A DNA stretch of 64,000 nucleotides from Vicugna vicugna (lineage: Eukaryota), in NCBI GenBank assembly GCA_013265495.1, contig MU063499.1, positions 1,364,001-1,428,000 of the forward strand. The letters are read 5' to 3'. Numbering within the stretch: position 1 is the stretch's first letter; each line of letters begins with the position of its first letter. The notes beneath the pieces are model-generated. The model had not been told where the DNA came from. It saw only the letters and a list, made by a program, of their open reading frames with translations, and did no database searches. Positions 1 through 21,720 of this stretch are shown here, in pieces. The position numbers and the translations under genes were made by a program.

Positions 1-507
1 AAGAAGGCCCTGGCCTATTAATCTGTCCTGAGGACCACAGGTAGGGCACAAAGCCCAACAACACAATAACTCAGAGCCCTCAGGCCTGGTGGGGCCTAAT
101 GGCAAAGAACAGGACCCCCAGCCCTTTCCAGTACCCCCTACCGTGTTCAGGTTGGCAACTCCTTTGTGCTCAAAGAATTGTGCCTCTGTGGCCCAAGGGG
201 GCCCTGGCCAGAGTCTTCCTGAGCAAGTTGGTGTGGAGGGGCTTCAGTCCCTATAAACCCACCCCATGTCCCTCTCATGGTCCCCAAAGCAGAGCCCTCT
301 GAGACCTGGACCAGGAAGTACCTCCTTTGGAACCTGCAGTGCGACCCTCCCCTGGAAACCTGGCTAGACAGAGTTAAAACCCAAGGAGAGCTGGGGAGTG
401 AAGCAGGGTGTCCCTGGGGGCTCACTCTCCGCCTGGGAGCCTGGTGACCCAGCTCTTCCTGGCCGTGGGATGGTTTGGACAATGCTGAGCCCCTCTCTAC
501 CCTGCAG

Positions 508-7204
<6,697 letters not shown>

Positions 7205-7216
7205 GGCCTGCTGTCA

Positions 7217-7350
7217 NNNNNNNNNNNNNNNNNNNNNNNNNNNNNNNNNNNNNNNNNNNNNNNNNNNNNNNNNNNNNNNNNNNNNNNNNNNNNNNNNNNN
7301 NNNNNNNNNNNNNNNNNNNNNNNNNNNNNNNNNNNNNNNNNNNNNNNNNN
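7217..7350. other. N gap, 134 nt, in SEMA3F 3'UTR
   Basis: Run of N. Confidence 0.99.
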
Positions 7351-8087
7351 GCCTCAGCGGCAGCATCGTCCAAAACTTAGACCCATGCTGGTCAGAGATG
7401 ACAGAAAATGGAGCCCACCTAACCAGCCCCAGCCAGTTGGCAGGGCCAGGCCAGGACCACAGTCCCCAGGCTCAGCTGGGAGTCTACCTGCTCAACAGCC
7501 ACTGCCAGGATCTGCCGGACACGGGGAGGGAGCGAGCTCTACCTGGATGGGGCATGGACTGGACACCTCTGCCAGTGTGTGCTGTCAGCCTGCGCCGTCG
7601 GCATAGACGTGGATGCGAGGACTGTTTTGGAGACTGGGGGTGGGGGGTGGGGGCTCAGATGTACTCAGAGAAGGGAAGACGGGGCCGTCACAGGATGCCA
7701 GCCCCTGCCTGGGAGAGGGGCACTCAGTCAAGGCCAGCCCCTTCCTGGGTATTTATTTATTGGGGACAGGAGGAGAGGAGCCCTACCTGGGTGGGGCAGC
7801 ACCTCCAGTCCCCCTCCCTCCCTGTCTGGCTACTCTACCTCCTCTTTTTGTCTGTGCCACCGTGATGGGACTGGGAGGAGAGCAGAGGGGCCAGGTGTGG
7901 GCAGGGCTGAGGGGGAAGGGAGCCATGATGGAGGCCTGGGGCCAGTAGGGGCTCCCAGGGCTCCCTTCTGCCTACCACTTCAGATGATGGGTGTAAATAG
8001 CTCTGAAGGGCAGTTGGGTAGGTGGGTGGGGGCTCCTGGTGGCCCTCTGCTGCCCAGGCCACACCTTTCCTGGGGTTCCATCGTGCT

Positions 8088-8093
8088 AATAAA
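8088..8093 (+). terminator. SEMA3F: SEMA3F polyadenylation signal AATAAA (3'UTR approx. 7205-8110)
   Basis: First visible AATAAA after the stop (gctAATAAAcactggctctggg); context matches my recollection of the human mRNA end. Confidence 0.8.
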
Positions 8094-9384
8094 CACTGGC
8101 TCTGGGATTAGACTTTGGCTTTCTCCTTGGCAGAGGAGGGAGGATGGGGTTCAGCCCACACCCAAGTTCTGTCTCTTCTGTTCCCTCCCCCGACAATGTG
8201 GCCTGGCTACCAGTCCCCCCACGATATCTTCTGCAAGCCCAGCTTCTATTCGCTCATTCAGTGGTTTGATCATTTGTTCACACCACTTTCTCACCTGGCT
8301 TTGTGTCCCACAGGGCACTAAGGACTCAGAATTGGCAAGACAAAGCCATAGCCTTCACAGTTCAGTGGTCTCTGCCCTGAGAATCAGCAGAATTCCCATG
8401 CTTCCTGCCTCCTTCTAGCCAGCTCTCAGCAGAGGGACCAGCAGGAGCAAATGTCCAGAGGTCAGGAAGACCAGGAGAGGTGGAATCTGCTAGAGGGGAA
8501 GAGGTGGGGCTATGGGCCCTGGGCCAAATGGAATTTAAGCCCTGGCAGGGGAATTTAAGAGCCGGAAGGCTCATGGATCCATCAGGGCTTAGGGCCATAC
8601 CTGGCAGGCAAGGGGAACCAGGTGGGGACTGGGAGGCAGTGGAATGGTCCCCTTTTAAATAAACCCAATATGTAGAAACCAGGTTTTTGTTGGTTTAACA
8701 AACCTAAGCTCCTGTACCACCCCAAACCTTTGGGCAATGTGTAGGGGGCTTCAGAGACCCCCTCCCAAACCTCTCGGGCCCACTTACAACATAGTTGGAA
8801 GGCAGGCAGAGGATGAATGGAACGTGAAGTCTCAAAGTGGCACAAATTGTCTGTTGCTCCTGGACAGATACCCCCACACCCAACAGGGTATATGTTGAAG
8901 CCACAGCTCATGGAGCTGGTATCCACTTCCCACACGTTTAGGGACAGTCTTCAATGCTCAATATCTGGGGCCCTGGCACCCCTTTGTGGTCTCTTAGGTC
9001 GGCAAAAGAGTTGAGTACTAAGGCAGCCAGACTTCCGAGGAGTCCAGCCAGGTGGCTCAGGGAGGTGGGTAGCAAATCTCCAGAGGTGGGAACTCAACAC
9101 TACATGCTCAGTTGAACCCCTTACAGCAGCACACCCGGCCCCATCTGAACCCACACACAGACCTCAGATCCCAGAGCTGAGTCAGGTGTGCCCTAGAGAT
9201 ACTTGTAGGCAGGTCCCAGCGCCCCACCAGGAGACAGAAGAGCAGGGCAGATGAGCCCCACTCCTCCATGCCCCTGGGAGCGCCAGACCTGCTCTGGGAC
9301 TCAGGTTCCCCATCTGACAACAGGCCTGCAGGACATCCCCTGGAAGAGCCTGGTCACCTCTGCAGATCAGAGACTGTTACACTC

Positions 9385-9810
9385 AAGTACAAGTGTACAC
9401 AGAGGCACAGGCACATGCAAGCATGCACACATACAGGCAGATACGTGCATAGACGTTCATGCATACAGACACACTGACATACGCACAGGCAAACGCAGGC
9501 AAGAGCACACTAATGTGCATTGCATGTTCAGGGACTTATACATTCATGCACACATGCATATGTTAACCCAGATAAGCACAGCGAAGTCCACATACAAACA
9601 CTTGCACATGAAGAGAAATACACAAAAGTATATCCACACACACACACACACACAGGTAAACAAGCAGGCAAGCATAGACACAACACACAGGCACATGTGT
9701 ACACACAATATACACAAACGTGTCATGTCACTGCCTTGCTCGGTGCCAGTAAAGGACAGATGTACACACCCAGTACAGGTAGCAGACATGCACGCCCACC
9801 CAAGTCCGTT
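9385..9810. repeat. CA/TG-rich low-complexity tract including (CA)10 at 9635-9654
   Basis: Long run of acacatgcac/acacag-type alternating purine-pyrimidine sequence. Confidence 0.85.
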
Positions 9811-9954
9811 GGAATCATAGAGGCATGTAGAAGCCTTGCCCAGCTGAGACCAGCCTTCAGTACAGGGCATACGTGATGTCCACCTTTACCTCTTGACTCC
9901 CTGTGAAGCATGGAGCCCTGGTCCAGAATCACTCAGCCCTTCTCAACCACCTCC

Positions 9955-10010
9955 TGCTGTGTGACCCTCTGAGCCTTCACTTCCTCTTCAGTAAAATGGG
10001 GTTAAAGATG
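9955..10010 (+). mobile_element. MIR core fragment
   Basis: ctgtgtgaccctctgagccttcacttcctcttcagtaaaatgggg resembles the MIR core. Confidence 0.6.
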
Positions 10011-10239
10011 GGGGGCACCCATCCCCTATGGCCGGTAAGGAGCAGTTTTGAGCCCAGTGCTGGGCTGGGCTTCTCCTCCTTCTCCCTGCTGCCAGGCCCA
10101 CCCCCCACTTCTCCCACCCCCGGACTTGAAGCCCTATCCTCCCCTTTCTGAGCCTGGACCCAGGTCTCCCTGCTCTGGAGCAGGGGCTGGACTGACTTCA
10201 GGGTCTCTCTCAGAGGGTTTGGGGAGCAGTGTAGAGGGG

Positions 10240-10536
10240 GTGCAGAGTCAGCAGTTGAGGGATTGGGGCCATGCCAGCCCGATTAGAAGGGCTGGGGGCT
10301 GAGCTGGATTCACCTGTCCTTGTCTCTGATTGGCTCTTGGGTACCCACAACCCTCAAATCCCCCTAAGCAGCCCCAACAGGGCTTGCCCAGGTCTGTGGA
10401 CAGCCAGTTGATTGCCAGTTCTGGGATCAGAAGGGTGTCCGGGGAGGCCAGAGGCTGGCCTGAGCCTGGCTCTGGGGAGCCCCTCCATCCAGAAGAGCCA
10501 ACTGACCACCTTGTTCCTTCGCCTCCTGCTGGGATC
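10240..10536 (+). promoter_or_regulatory. GNAT1: GNAT1 proximal promoter and 5'UTR with rod-type motifs
   Basis: Reverse TGCTGACTC (NRL/Maf-like) 10245-10253, reverse CTAATC (CRX-like) 10281-10286, reverse CCAAT 10329-10333, CTAAGC 10363-10368, all directly upstream of the ATG. Confidence 0.55.
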
Positions 10537-13753
<3,217 letters not shown>

Positions 13754-14117
13754 GGTGGCTCTTCCTCGCGGGCCAGGACGCTCCCCTGTCGTCGTGCCCC
13801 TTAATCCCAATACTCCAAGCCTCATTCCCAGCTTGCCACCCCATCTCTCAACAGCAGGCCCATACCCAGCTTTCCAGAGCCACTCTACTTGTCTGTAGTC
13901 TGGCCCCCAACTCCCAGACCCCACTGCTACCAGGCTCCACCCCACTGCCACTGGCCCCTACCCTCTGCTCACAAGCCCCACCCAATCAATCCCTTTTGAC
14001 CCCTCCACAACCCTCCAGGTACTACTGCTTCCAAGCCCACCTTCCTGCCGCTCTCAGCCTAAACCCAATTATTTTAGTGCTTAATAATGTTGACTCTGCT
14101 CCTTTTTCTCTTCACAG

Positions 14118-15390
14118 GTACCAGAACTCATGCGTACCCCTGAGATTCTGTAGACCTAGCCGCCTTGTAGCCCTGGTCCACAGGACCCAATCTGCCCCCA
14201 GGACTCCTGGGCCCCAGGCTATGGCCCCACCAGCCACAGACCCAAAGCCCTGAGCCCCGCTAGCCTTGAGGCCCTAACCCTCCCCCATGGCTCCCAGGAC
14301 TGCCAGGTCTCCCGGAGCCTGGCACCCCCACCCCTAGTGCTGCCCTTCACGGCCTGGCTGCACTGGCCTCCACAACCCACCATAGCCAGCCTCAGCTAGA
14401 AACAAGCAGCACTTGGGGCAGCTAGAGCTCATGGTGACTCAGCAGTGTCCAACTGACCAATCTCCTGTGGCTCTCCTGCTCCAGGAGGTCCATGATTCAC
14501 CTGGTGGGTCTGGGTTCAGCAAACAGCCCTCCCTCCCAGAGTTTCATAAAGGGCAGTAGGGCAGGCAGGAAACCCTCCTCCACGCAGTCCTGCTGCTTAC
14601 CATCAGCCCATTCTAGCCTTACCACCTCCATGTGACAAGTCTGACACCTGCCTACCCAGTGGCTAGTGACTGCCCCGCCCAGCAGCTTCAGGGGTCCAAA
14701 GTCCAAGCCAGCTGTGGCCTGTGTAGATTGAACATAGATGAATTAGTGAGTAGGGGCAGGCCTGGGAGCCCCTGGGTGCCAGGCGTATATTCAAGCTGGA
14801 CCCTTCCCCACATACCCTGACCTCCTCCCCCACAGGCTCTGCCCCTTTCATCCTCGGACACTGAATTCATAGCCTACCTCATCCACCCACCCACAGCACT
14901 CCAGGCTGGCTAGCCAAGGGGATGATCTATTGAGGGAGGGTACTGTTGACACCGCTGTGGCCAATGGTCAAACTGTCCTGAGGGGTGGCTGGGAGCAGAG
15001 TCCGGGTCCCATCGATCAGTCCGAGACAGAGGATTTGAGACAGGAAGGAGGCCCAGGTTGTGCCCAGAGGAGTCTACCTCAGGTTGGGTCACAAGCAAAC
15101 TCAGGTGGCCCTCCTGTCCCTGCCAGCAGTTTCTCTCACCCTTCCCATTAAGGGCCCATTCCCCGGTGGGAGAAACTGAGGGCCATGCCTGAGCCAACAG
15201 GGACAAATCCCATGTCCCCACAGCCCTCCTCCTTACTTCCCCATCAAGCACTGAGTCCTTGCTGATGCCCACGGGCCAGGGCCTGTGCTGCACAAGGACA
15301 AGGAGTTCCTGTCTAGCAAGGCCAGGGCATAATTCGCACTCCCTTCAGCTAGATGCACAGACTCAGCAATAAACCTTTGCATCAGGCCCC
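14118..15390 (+). other. GNAT1: GNAT1 non-coding terminal exon (3'UTR), predicted
   Basis: Strong acceptor cctttttctcttcacag| at 14117; AATAAA at 15368-15373 in the context gactcagcAATAAAcctttgcatcaggc, which I recall from GNAT1 mRNA ends. Confidence 0.6.
15368..15373 (+). terminator. GNAT1: GNAT1 polyadenylation signal
   Basis: AATAAA in recalled conserved context. Confidence 0.75.
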
Positions 15391-15834
15391 AGCTGTCCTT
15401 TCTTACGGGGAGGGGGAGAGCATTCATTATCACGACTCATGGGCATTTATTAAGTGCACAGTGCCGGCTGGACATAAGTGGGAAGATGGTCCCTTCCAGA
15501 GAGAGGCACCTGACCTGACTTGGCAGGGGCACTCTTGGGGCATGGGATCAACTTGTGCCTCTTGAGAGGGGTTGAGGAGTCGTGGGAAACATTCACAGGG
15601 ACGGTCTTGTATCAAGAGGGGATTGCGAGGTGGAAGCTCATTCCAGCAGAGGCAGTAGGGTGTAGAAGGCCCAGGATCATGGGCTTGTGGGCCATGAGTG
15701 TTCAATGGAGCGGGAGCGAGGAAGGGGAGGTGGCGTGGGGAGACAGTGGGCAGGTGCCAAGTGCCAGCCTGAGGGCCTGTGCTTCCTGCAGAAGATGATG
15801 GGTCCAGGAAGCCCTCGAAGCTAGGACATAATTG

Positions 15835-16325
15835 CAGGGCCAGGAGTGAGGCTCTCACTTCAGCTGCAAAATTTAGGGTGGTGTTGAAAGATTCAGTAAT
15901 TTAGATAGATATTACTGAAGTATTTTAAAAATCAAAATTACTACCAAAAAAATCCATGATGAACAAAATATCCAAATTTTAAATAAAGATCCAAGTGAGC
16001 CCTGGAGAGCCATCTTGGATCCTGAAGCAAAAGGAAAAATGTCCAACCCTATATATGTTTTTATGCAGTTTTAAAGGTTAATTTTTTTTAACAGAACATT
16101 AGAGGAAAAAACATTGAAAAAAATTGAAAGTAGTTATATGAAAACTCACAACATGACTTTAAGCTTAATTATTTTATTTCTACCAAAAACAAAATTTATA
16201 ATATTATTTTCCTGGCTTGAATGGAAATAAAATCTTCAATGATATTTTCCAAATCTGCTTCTAGAAAAAAAAGTCATTAAAAATTTTCATAAAAACACAT
16301 GTATAGGGGCACACATTTTTCCTGG
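15835..16325. mobile_element. Old hAT-Tip100 (Arthur1-like) DNA transposon relic
   Basis: Very AT-rich island starting cagggccaggagtgagg...gcaaaatttaggg...aaaaaaatccatgatgaacaaaatatc; resembles the recalled Arthur1 consensus; family assignment tentative. Confidence 0.5.
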
Positions 16326-19300
16326 GGGCGGGGCATGGGGGAAGAGAGGAGAGAGGATGGGGCTATGGGATCCCTGAGGAAGAGACTTATGTCCTCATTC
16401 CCCATGGGGCCAGTATCAGCAAGGAATGGGACTCAGTGACAGGGGTCTGGATCTGTGCATGTGATGCCTCCACCGAGCTGGGATTACAGAGGATTGTTGA
16501 AGGGACTGAGTTTTCTGGGCCGGTGGCCACTTGGGGGAGATGTCCAAAAGTAAGACAGATCCTTGCGGCTGGGCTGAAGGTAGCAAATGGGCAGCATCCT
16601 CAATGTCCAGGTGGAGAGTGGCGCTGTGAGCCTAAGGGGGCTGGAAGGGGAGAGTGAGGGTACTCAGGCCTGTGCACAGACTGGGGGAGACACGGGATGG
16701 GTTAGGGAGCCCAGGACACGTGGTCAGCCAAGGTGGTGCTGTTCAGAGGCCTGAGGGGAGCATGGGTCTCAGGCCAGTATTTCAGGACCTCCACTGGATG
16801 GTTTGGGGCCTGGCTGAGTTAGGGTTATTCATCCCTACTCAGGACCCTCTGCCCAGTTTACTGGTGAGAGGTGGCGCAGGTGAGAGTGATGGAGAGATTT
16901 TAGAGGGAGGCTCAAGGCAGAAGATGGTGGCCTTGAGGAGCTGGAGCTGGCAGGCTTGAGACGTAGGAAGCTGTCAGGAGAGGTGGGCTACTGGGGTCTT
17001 CCGCGAAGCCACTGTGTCTTGCAAGGAAAGTAATGATCTCCCCAGCCTTCTCTGGGGAAGGGACAGAGAGAAGGTCAAACACTAGGCAGAGGCTGGACTC
17101 CACGCTCCAGTGAGTCCCTTTCCAAGTGTGGTTCTGATCCCAGGGACTGGGATTAAAGACCAACATTCTTGGACCCCATGTACTAGGGACGCTGCCTGGC
17201 CTCAAGCTGCCCCGTCTATGGGCAGCAAGGATCATAGGGTTGCCTCGGAGTCTCCCGGCCCAAAGCCTCCCCAGCCCCAATCACCACACTGGTATAATTA
17301 CAGCATAAGGAGCAGGATCAATGGATGCCCAATGCCTGATTCACAGTCCAGGGTGGAGGATCAGAGAGAACTGGCCCAGAGTTGGCCCAGCGGCAGCCAC
17401 ACCCTAGTCTTGGAGGTGAGGGGTGTTTACTGTGGTCACCTCCAGCCACTAACTTCCCTGCCTGACCTCAGCCTCCAGGTGGGGATCTTCTCGGCCTTCA
17501 ACTCTGGCTCTGGTGGGACTGACCTGGCCTGGCCACCGACCAGAAATTAGACAGGCCTGGCGGATGGTTAATGCTGCTGATGTCAGGACCTGGTCGGGTG
17601 GCCCTGGGGGCTTGAGCCCTCCCCATAGGCAGTGGCATGGCCCATGTGCCCTGGGCTCATTAAGCTGCTTCAGTGGCCACAGAAGCTGGGGGCCAGCTCT
17701 CAGGAGAGAAAAGGAGGGCCCTCTGGGACGGGGGGCCAGGCTTCAGCCAAGAGGTCACCAGCAGTTCTGGGGACACAGGCCAGGGGAGAACTAGACAAGA
17801 GGGCTTGCCTGTGGGTCCCCTTTCTACTTCCATACCTCTAAACCTCTGCTCATGCGGAGAGGAGCCTCCCAGATACCAAACTGGGCAGAGTGTAGTCAGA
17901 AGCTGTGGGTGTGGAGGTGAGAACCACCCTCCCCTGTGAGGCCTTGAAAGCCCTCCACATGACTCCAGTCCAGGGTCCTGCCTCTGCACACAGCCCTCCA
18001 CCTATTGGTGCTCATCCCACACTCACACTCAAGTTTCCCTGTGGCAAAGCCATTTCTTCCATCCACAGTGCCCTCTCTTCCCCACGCTGGCAGGGGCCTT
18101 TCTTTGCCTTGGCAGAGTCAAGCCCACAGACTGCTCCTCCATCAGGCTTTTCCTGATCCACATGCTCTAAGCTGGCAGGAGCTTTCCTGTCTAGAGGTCC
18201 CACACAGAGCTCTCCGAGACACTGAGGCTGGGGCTGAGTGCAGGGAGGGCCAGAGCAGTCGCAGTACATCTAGGAAGAGCCAGCTTTTCCTGGGAGTCAG
18301 GCTGGGTTCTCAGAGCTGATCTTCTATTTGGGTGTTGAGGGACAAGTGAGAATTCGCCAAGGAGGTGGGACACGATGGGGAACCAGGAGGGCAGAAGCAC
18401 AGGGAGCTGAAGGCTGGCACATTCTTCAAACAGCAGGAATGTATGCGGCCAGCCAGGCAGCAGAGGAGGTGAAGATGCCAACTGGGATGAGGAGCAGGTC
18501 GGGAGGATGTCAGGGAGGCCAGCTGGGTGAGAGGCAGGTGCCTGCAGGGGGTCTGAGGAGTCAGTGGATACAGATGCTAGGATCTGGGTTGGAGGTGAAG
18601 ATGGGGCCTCACTGTCAGAGAGGGTCTTGGGGCACTGTGTAGGTGATGTGCCAGGGGAGGGGCTGGCATGGTGAGAGGAGACTGCCTAGCTGGAAGCTGA
18701 GAAGATGTGACTAAAGAGAGAGAAGCAAAGCAAAGGGCTGCCAGGATCCTGGAAGGAGGGTCCAAGTGATCCTGGGACCCTAAGTTCTGCCTCACATGTC
18801 TGATAGCATCTTGGGCCTGTGTATCCATTTCTGGAGATGGGGGAGTGGAGGTAGGGGGCTGGGCTGAAGGCTGACGCAGGTGGCTGACCCCAACACGGCA
18901 GCTGCGGGGGTGGACATTCTCTCTGGCCCCTGGAAGAAGGTGCTCGGTACCTCTCATAGCCCCATAACGGATGCCAGCCATCCAGCCACCTCAGGCTGGG
19001 CTGGGAGACTCAGCAGGTGGCGGAAAAGGCCTCCAAGCTGTGTTTGCCCTGGCTGGGGCCCAGGCCGTAGCATCAACAAACAGGCAGCTCCTCCTCTCAG
19101 CCTGGCCACAACTGGCCTGGCCCAGGACCCCACATCATACTGCCTCTGGGCCTCCCACAGCAGCCCAGCCCAGCTGGCCCCTGATCCCTCCAGTCTGGAC
19201 TGAGGACCCCAACACCCACATGCTAGGTGAACTTGAAGCCATGCCTGACTCCTCAGAAATTACCAGTAGGCGCTCCTAGCCCTTTGCAAATGGCTTCTGT

Positions 19301-20659
19301 GAGCATCCAGGATGTCTGGAGGTGGTAGGTGGGGGGCAGACCTGAGTCAGACCCGGTCAGCGCCTCTCCTATTGTCTCTGTCCCATAGGCAGTCCTCAAG
19401 CCCCTTTGGAGTCTCTCATGGCCAAGGTAAGCTGTGATCTGGGGATTACACCAGCTCCAAACTGAGAGGGAGAACCCGTCCCTTCCTATTTTTCGGCCAT
19501 CAGCAGGGCAGGAGCTTGGATGGTTTGAGATTTTCAAGGATCTGCACCATCCTAATGCCTTTCTCTTTAGTCCTCCCAGCCCCTCCTCTGCACTCCTAGC
19601 TGAAACCGAGTCCCCTGCCGGCTCGGCACTCAGAGCTTCCCCCTACCCCTACTCCCTCAGGCCAGATGAAAAGACAGAAACATTTCCTTGTGACACAGAG
19701 GGAAACTGAGGTAAGCTAGGGTTTGACTGTGGTGGTGCTGTGAGTCAGTAGGAAGAGAACTCTGGAGTCCTGACTCCCAGCCCAGGGCAGGGGAGGGGCG
19801 AGGACAGTCCTCCCAGGGTATTCTCCCCAGCACCAGGGAGGGGAGCAGACATGACACAGAGACATCCAGTGGCTGGGAACAGCAGAGGCCATGGGATTAA
19901 TCGGATCAGAGCCAGTGGCTGAGAAGCAAGGGACACAGCTGTTCTGGGAATCCCCCCCCACCAGCTCACCCCCAAGGTCAAGACCTCCCCCAGCTCCCTG
20001 CTGGCTGTGCCTGGGGTGGGAGGGCTTAACACCCACTCCCACCTCTGAGCACCAAGGCCTTGGGTGGGAAGGAGGCAGGAGTGGGATAGGAGCCCCCAGC
20101 CAAAAACAGGGCCACCCTACAACCCCTTTCCCCAAGGCACCAATTCCCAGGCCCCACTTCCCATGGGCAGACACAGCTGCCTCCTACTCCTTAGAAATAA
20201 GAAAATGGGGTGGGGGGGCATGGCCAGGGAGATTCCAGGCAGGGCTCAGCATGAGCCTGGCCTTACTCTACTCCCGTCCTCATTGCCCCTACCCTTGTCT
20301 ACCCTCAATCTCTTCTGAATATCTGGGGTGAAGACAGAAGAATTGATGAGGGAGGCCCTGTCCTCACCCTATCCCATTTCTGCTTGGGAAGGGTGAGGCA
20401 GGCAGAAAGACATTTTGTGCCTGAGTGATATCTGAAACTCCCCCATTCAGAGCACCCGTCACTGAGGTTAAACGTGGCCCTCTTCCCACTCCTCTTGGCT
20501 GAAGAGCCTCTTCTGGCTTCAGGGAGGTGAGGGCAGAGCATTTCAAGGGTTAAGGGGCACTCAGAGACTCAAGAGAGAATCTGATTTGGACTGAAGCATT
20601 TCCCCCACAAGACTCAACTGAGCCCCTCCCGAAGCAGCTGCTCTCCTACCTAGGGGCTC

Positions 20660-21720
20660 CTTAGCGCACAAGCTGCCCCTTTGCTCCAGGCCCGCGGGGG
20701 CCCCCCGCCTCTCCCCGGCCAGCCCCTCCTCCCGCGGGCCGCCGGGGATTGGCGGGCCGGGGGCGGGCCGGGGGCGGGGCCGGGCGCCCTTCATCCCCCG
20801 CCGCTGCGCTCAGCCGGGAGCAGAGCGGATAGCACCCGCCGGAGCGGAGCACCGCGCGTCCCCAACTGTGAGGCCAGGTACCGCTGGGGGCGCCGACCCC
20901 CCGCCCAGGGGCACCAGGGGGGCGGAGCCCTACTGTCCACTCTTGCGTCCGGAGCCGGGCTCTGGGCAGCTTCCCTGGCCTCCGGGGAGTCACGGCCCCT
21001 TGCGCTTTGGGGGCAGGTCTGAGGACTCGCCAGTCGAGACTCAGCTCCGAGCTTGAGTTGGTGTCTCGGGCGGGGCACCTCGTCGTCTCGGGGCCTCTCA
21101 CAGTGCCGGGCAGGACAGCAGGAGGTCGGCGGCAACCGGGGCCGAGGCGGCAGGACGCCTTGTTGGGGGCTTGGGTGGCACGACATGGACTTCCCGAGGC
21201 AGGGCCCACTTGGACGGGCTCGATAGGGTCCCGGACGGGGGCCTAAGAGGGCCCGGGAGCAGACCCTGGAGCGCTGCCCCGACGGGCGCCTGACAAGCAT
21301 ATCGGCCCGGCTGGCACGCCGGGAGTCCGGGTATATTTATCCCGCTGCGTTAGGCAGGGGCTTGAGGGCAGAGACGGCCAGGCTGCCTGAGGGGCCGCAG
21401 GGCACATGTTGGTCCCAGAGCCCGTGCCATTTGCAGCCGGGCCAGCGGGCACGGCCAGCGCAGGGTGTGTGTGGCTCCCTGGTCTGAGGGCAGGGCTCGG
21501 TCTGCACTCCTCTCGGCGGAGCTCTGCGACCGGGTGTGAGAGCTGGCAATGCGCACAGGGGCGGAGGGAAAAGACCCTGCCTTGGTTTGCGGGAGCCCGC
21601 CCCCGCCCGATTGGCCCCTTCCATTGGCCACAGCCAGTGCGTGCGTTTGTTTACACCAGGGGAGGGGGAGGCCAGGGGCGGGGCCTGTGGGAATCCACCC
21701 TCTCCCCCACAGTAACCTGA
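20660..21720 (+). promoter_or_regulatory. SLC38A3: SLC38A3 CpG-island promoter
   Basis: Sharp rise in CpG density; tandem GC boxes ggcgggccggg x3 at 20751-20785; lies about 6 kb upstream of the ATG exon. Confidence 0.85.
20790..20877 (+). other. SLC38A3: SLC38A3 non-coding exon 1, predicted (start approximate)
   Basis: Follows the GC-box cluster and ends at donor GGCCAG|gtaccg; contains no ATG. Confidence 0.5.

Noticed and set aside
1-507. Search for the 93-nt alternative SEMA3F exon 6
   Set aside because: Not found; presumably upstream of the window
7579-8418. 279-aa ORF, longest in the track
   Set aside because: Lies in the SEMA3F 3'UTR, crosses the polyA signal, is Gly/Pro-rich and has no recognisable domain
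9251-9870. His/Thr-rich and Cys/Val-rich ORFs
   Set aside because: Translation artefacts of the CA/TG low-complexity tract
19722-19745. REST/RE1-like sequence (reverse CAGCACCACCACAG)
   Set aside because: Half-site spacing is one base short and the right half is degenerate
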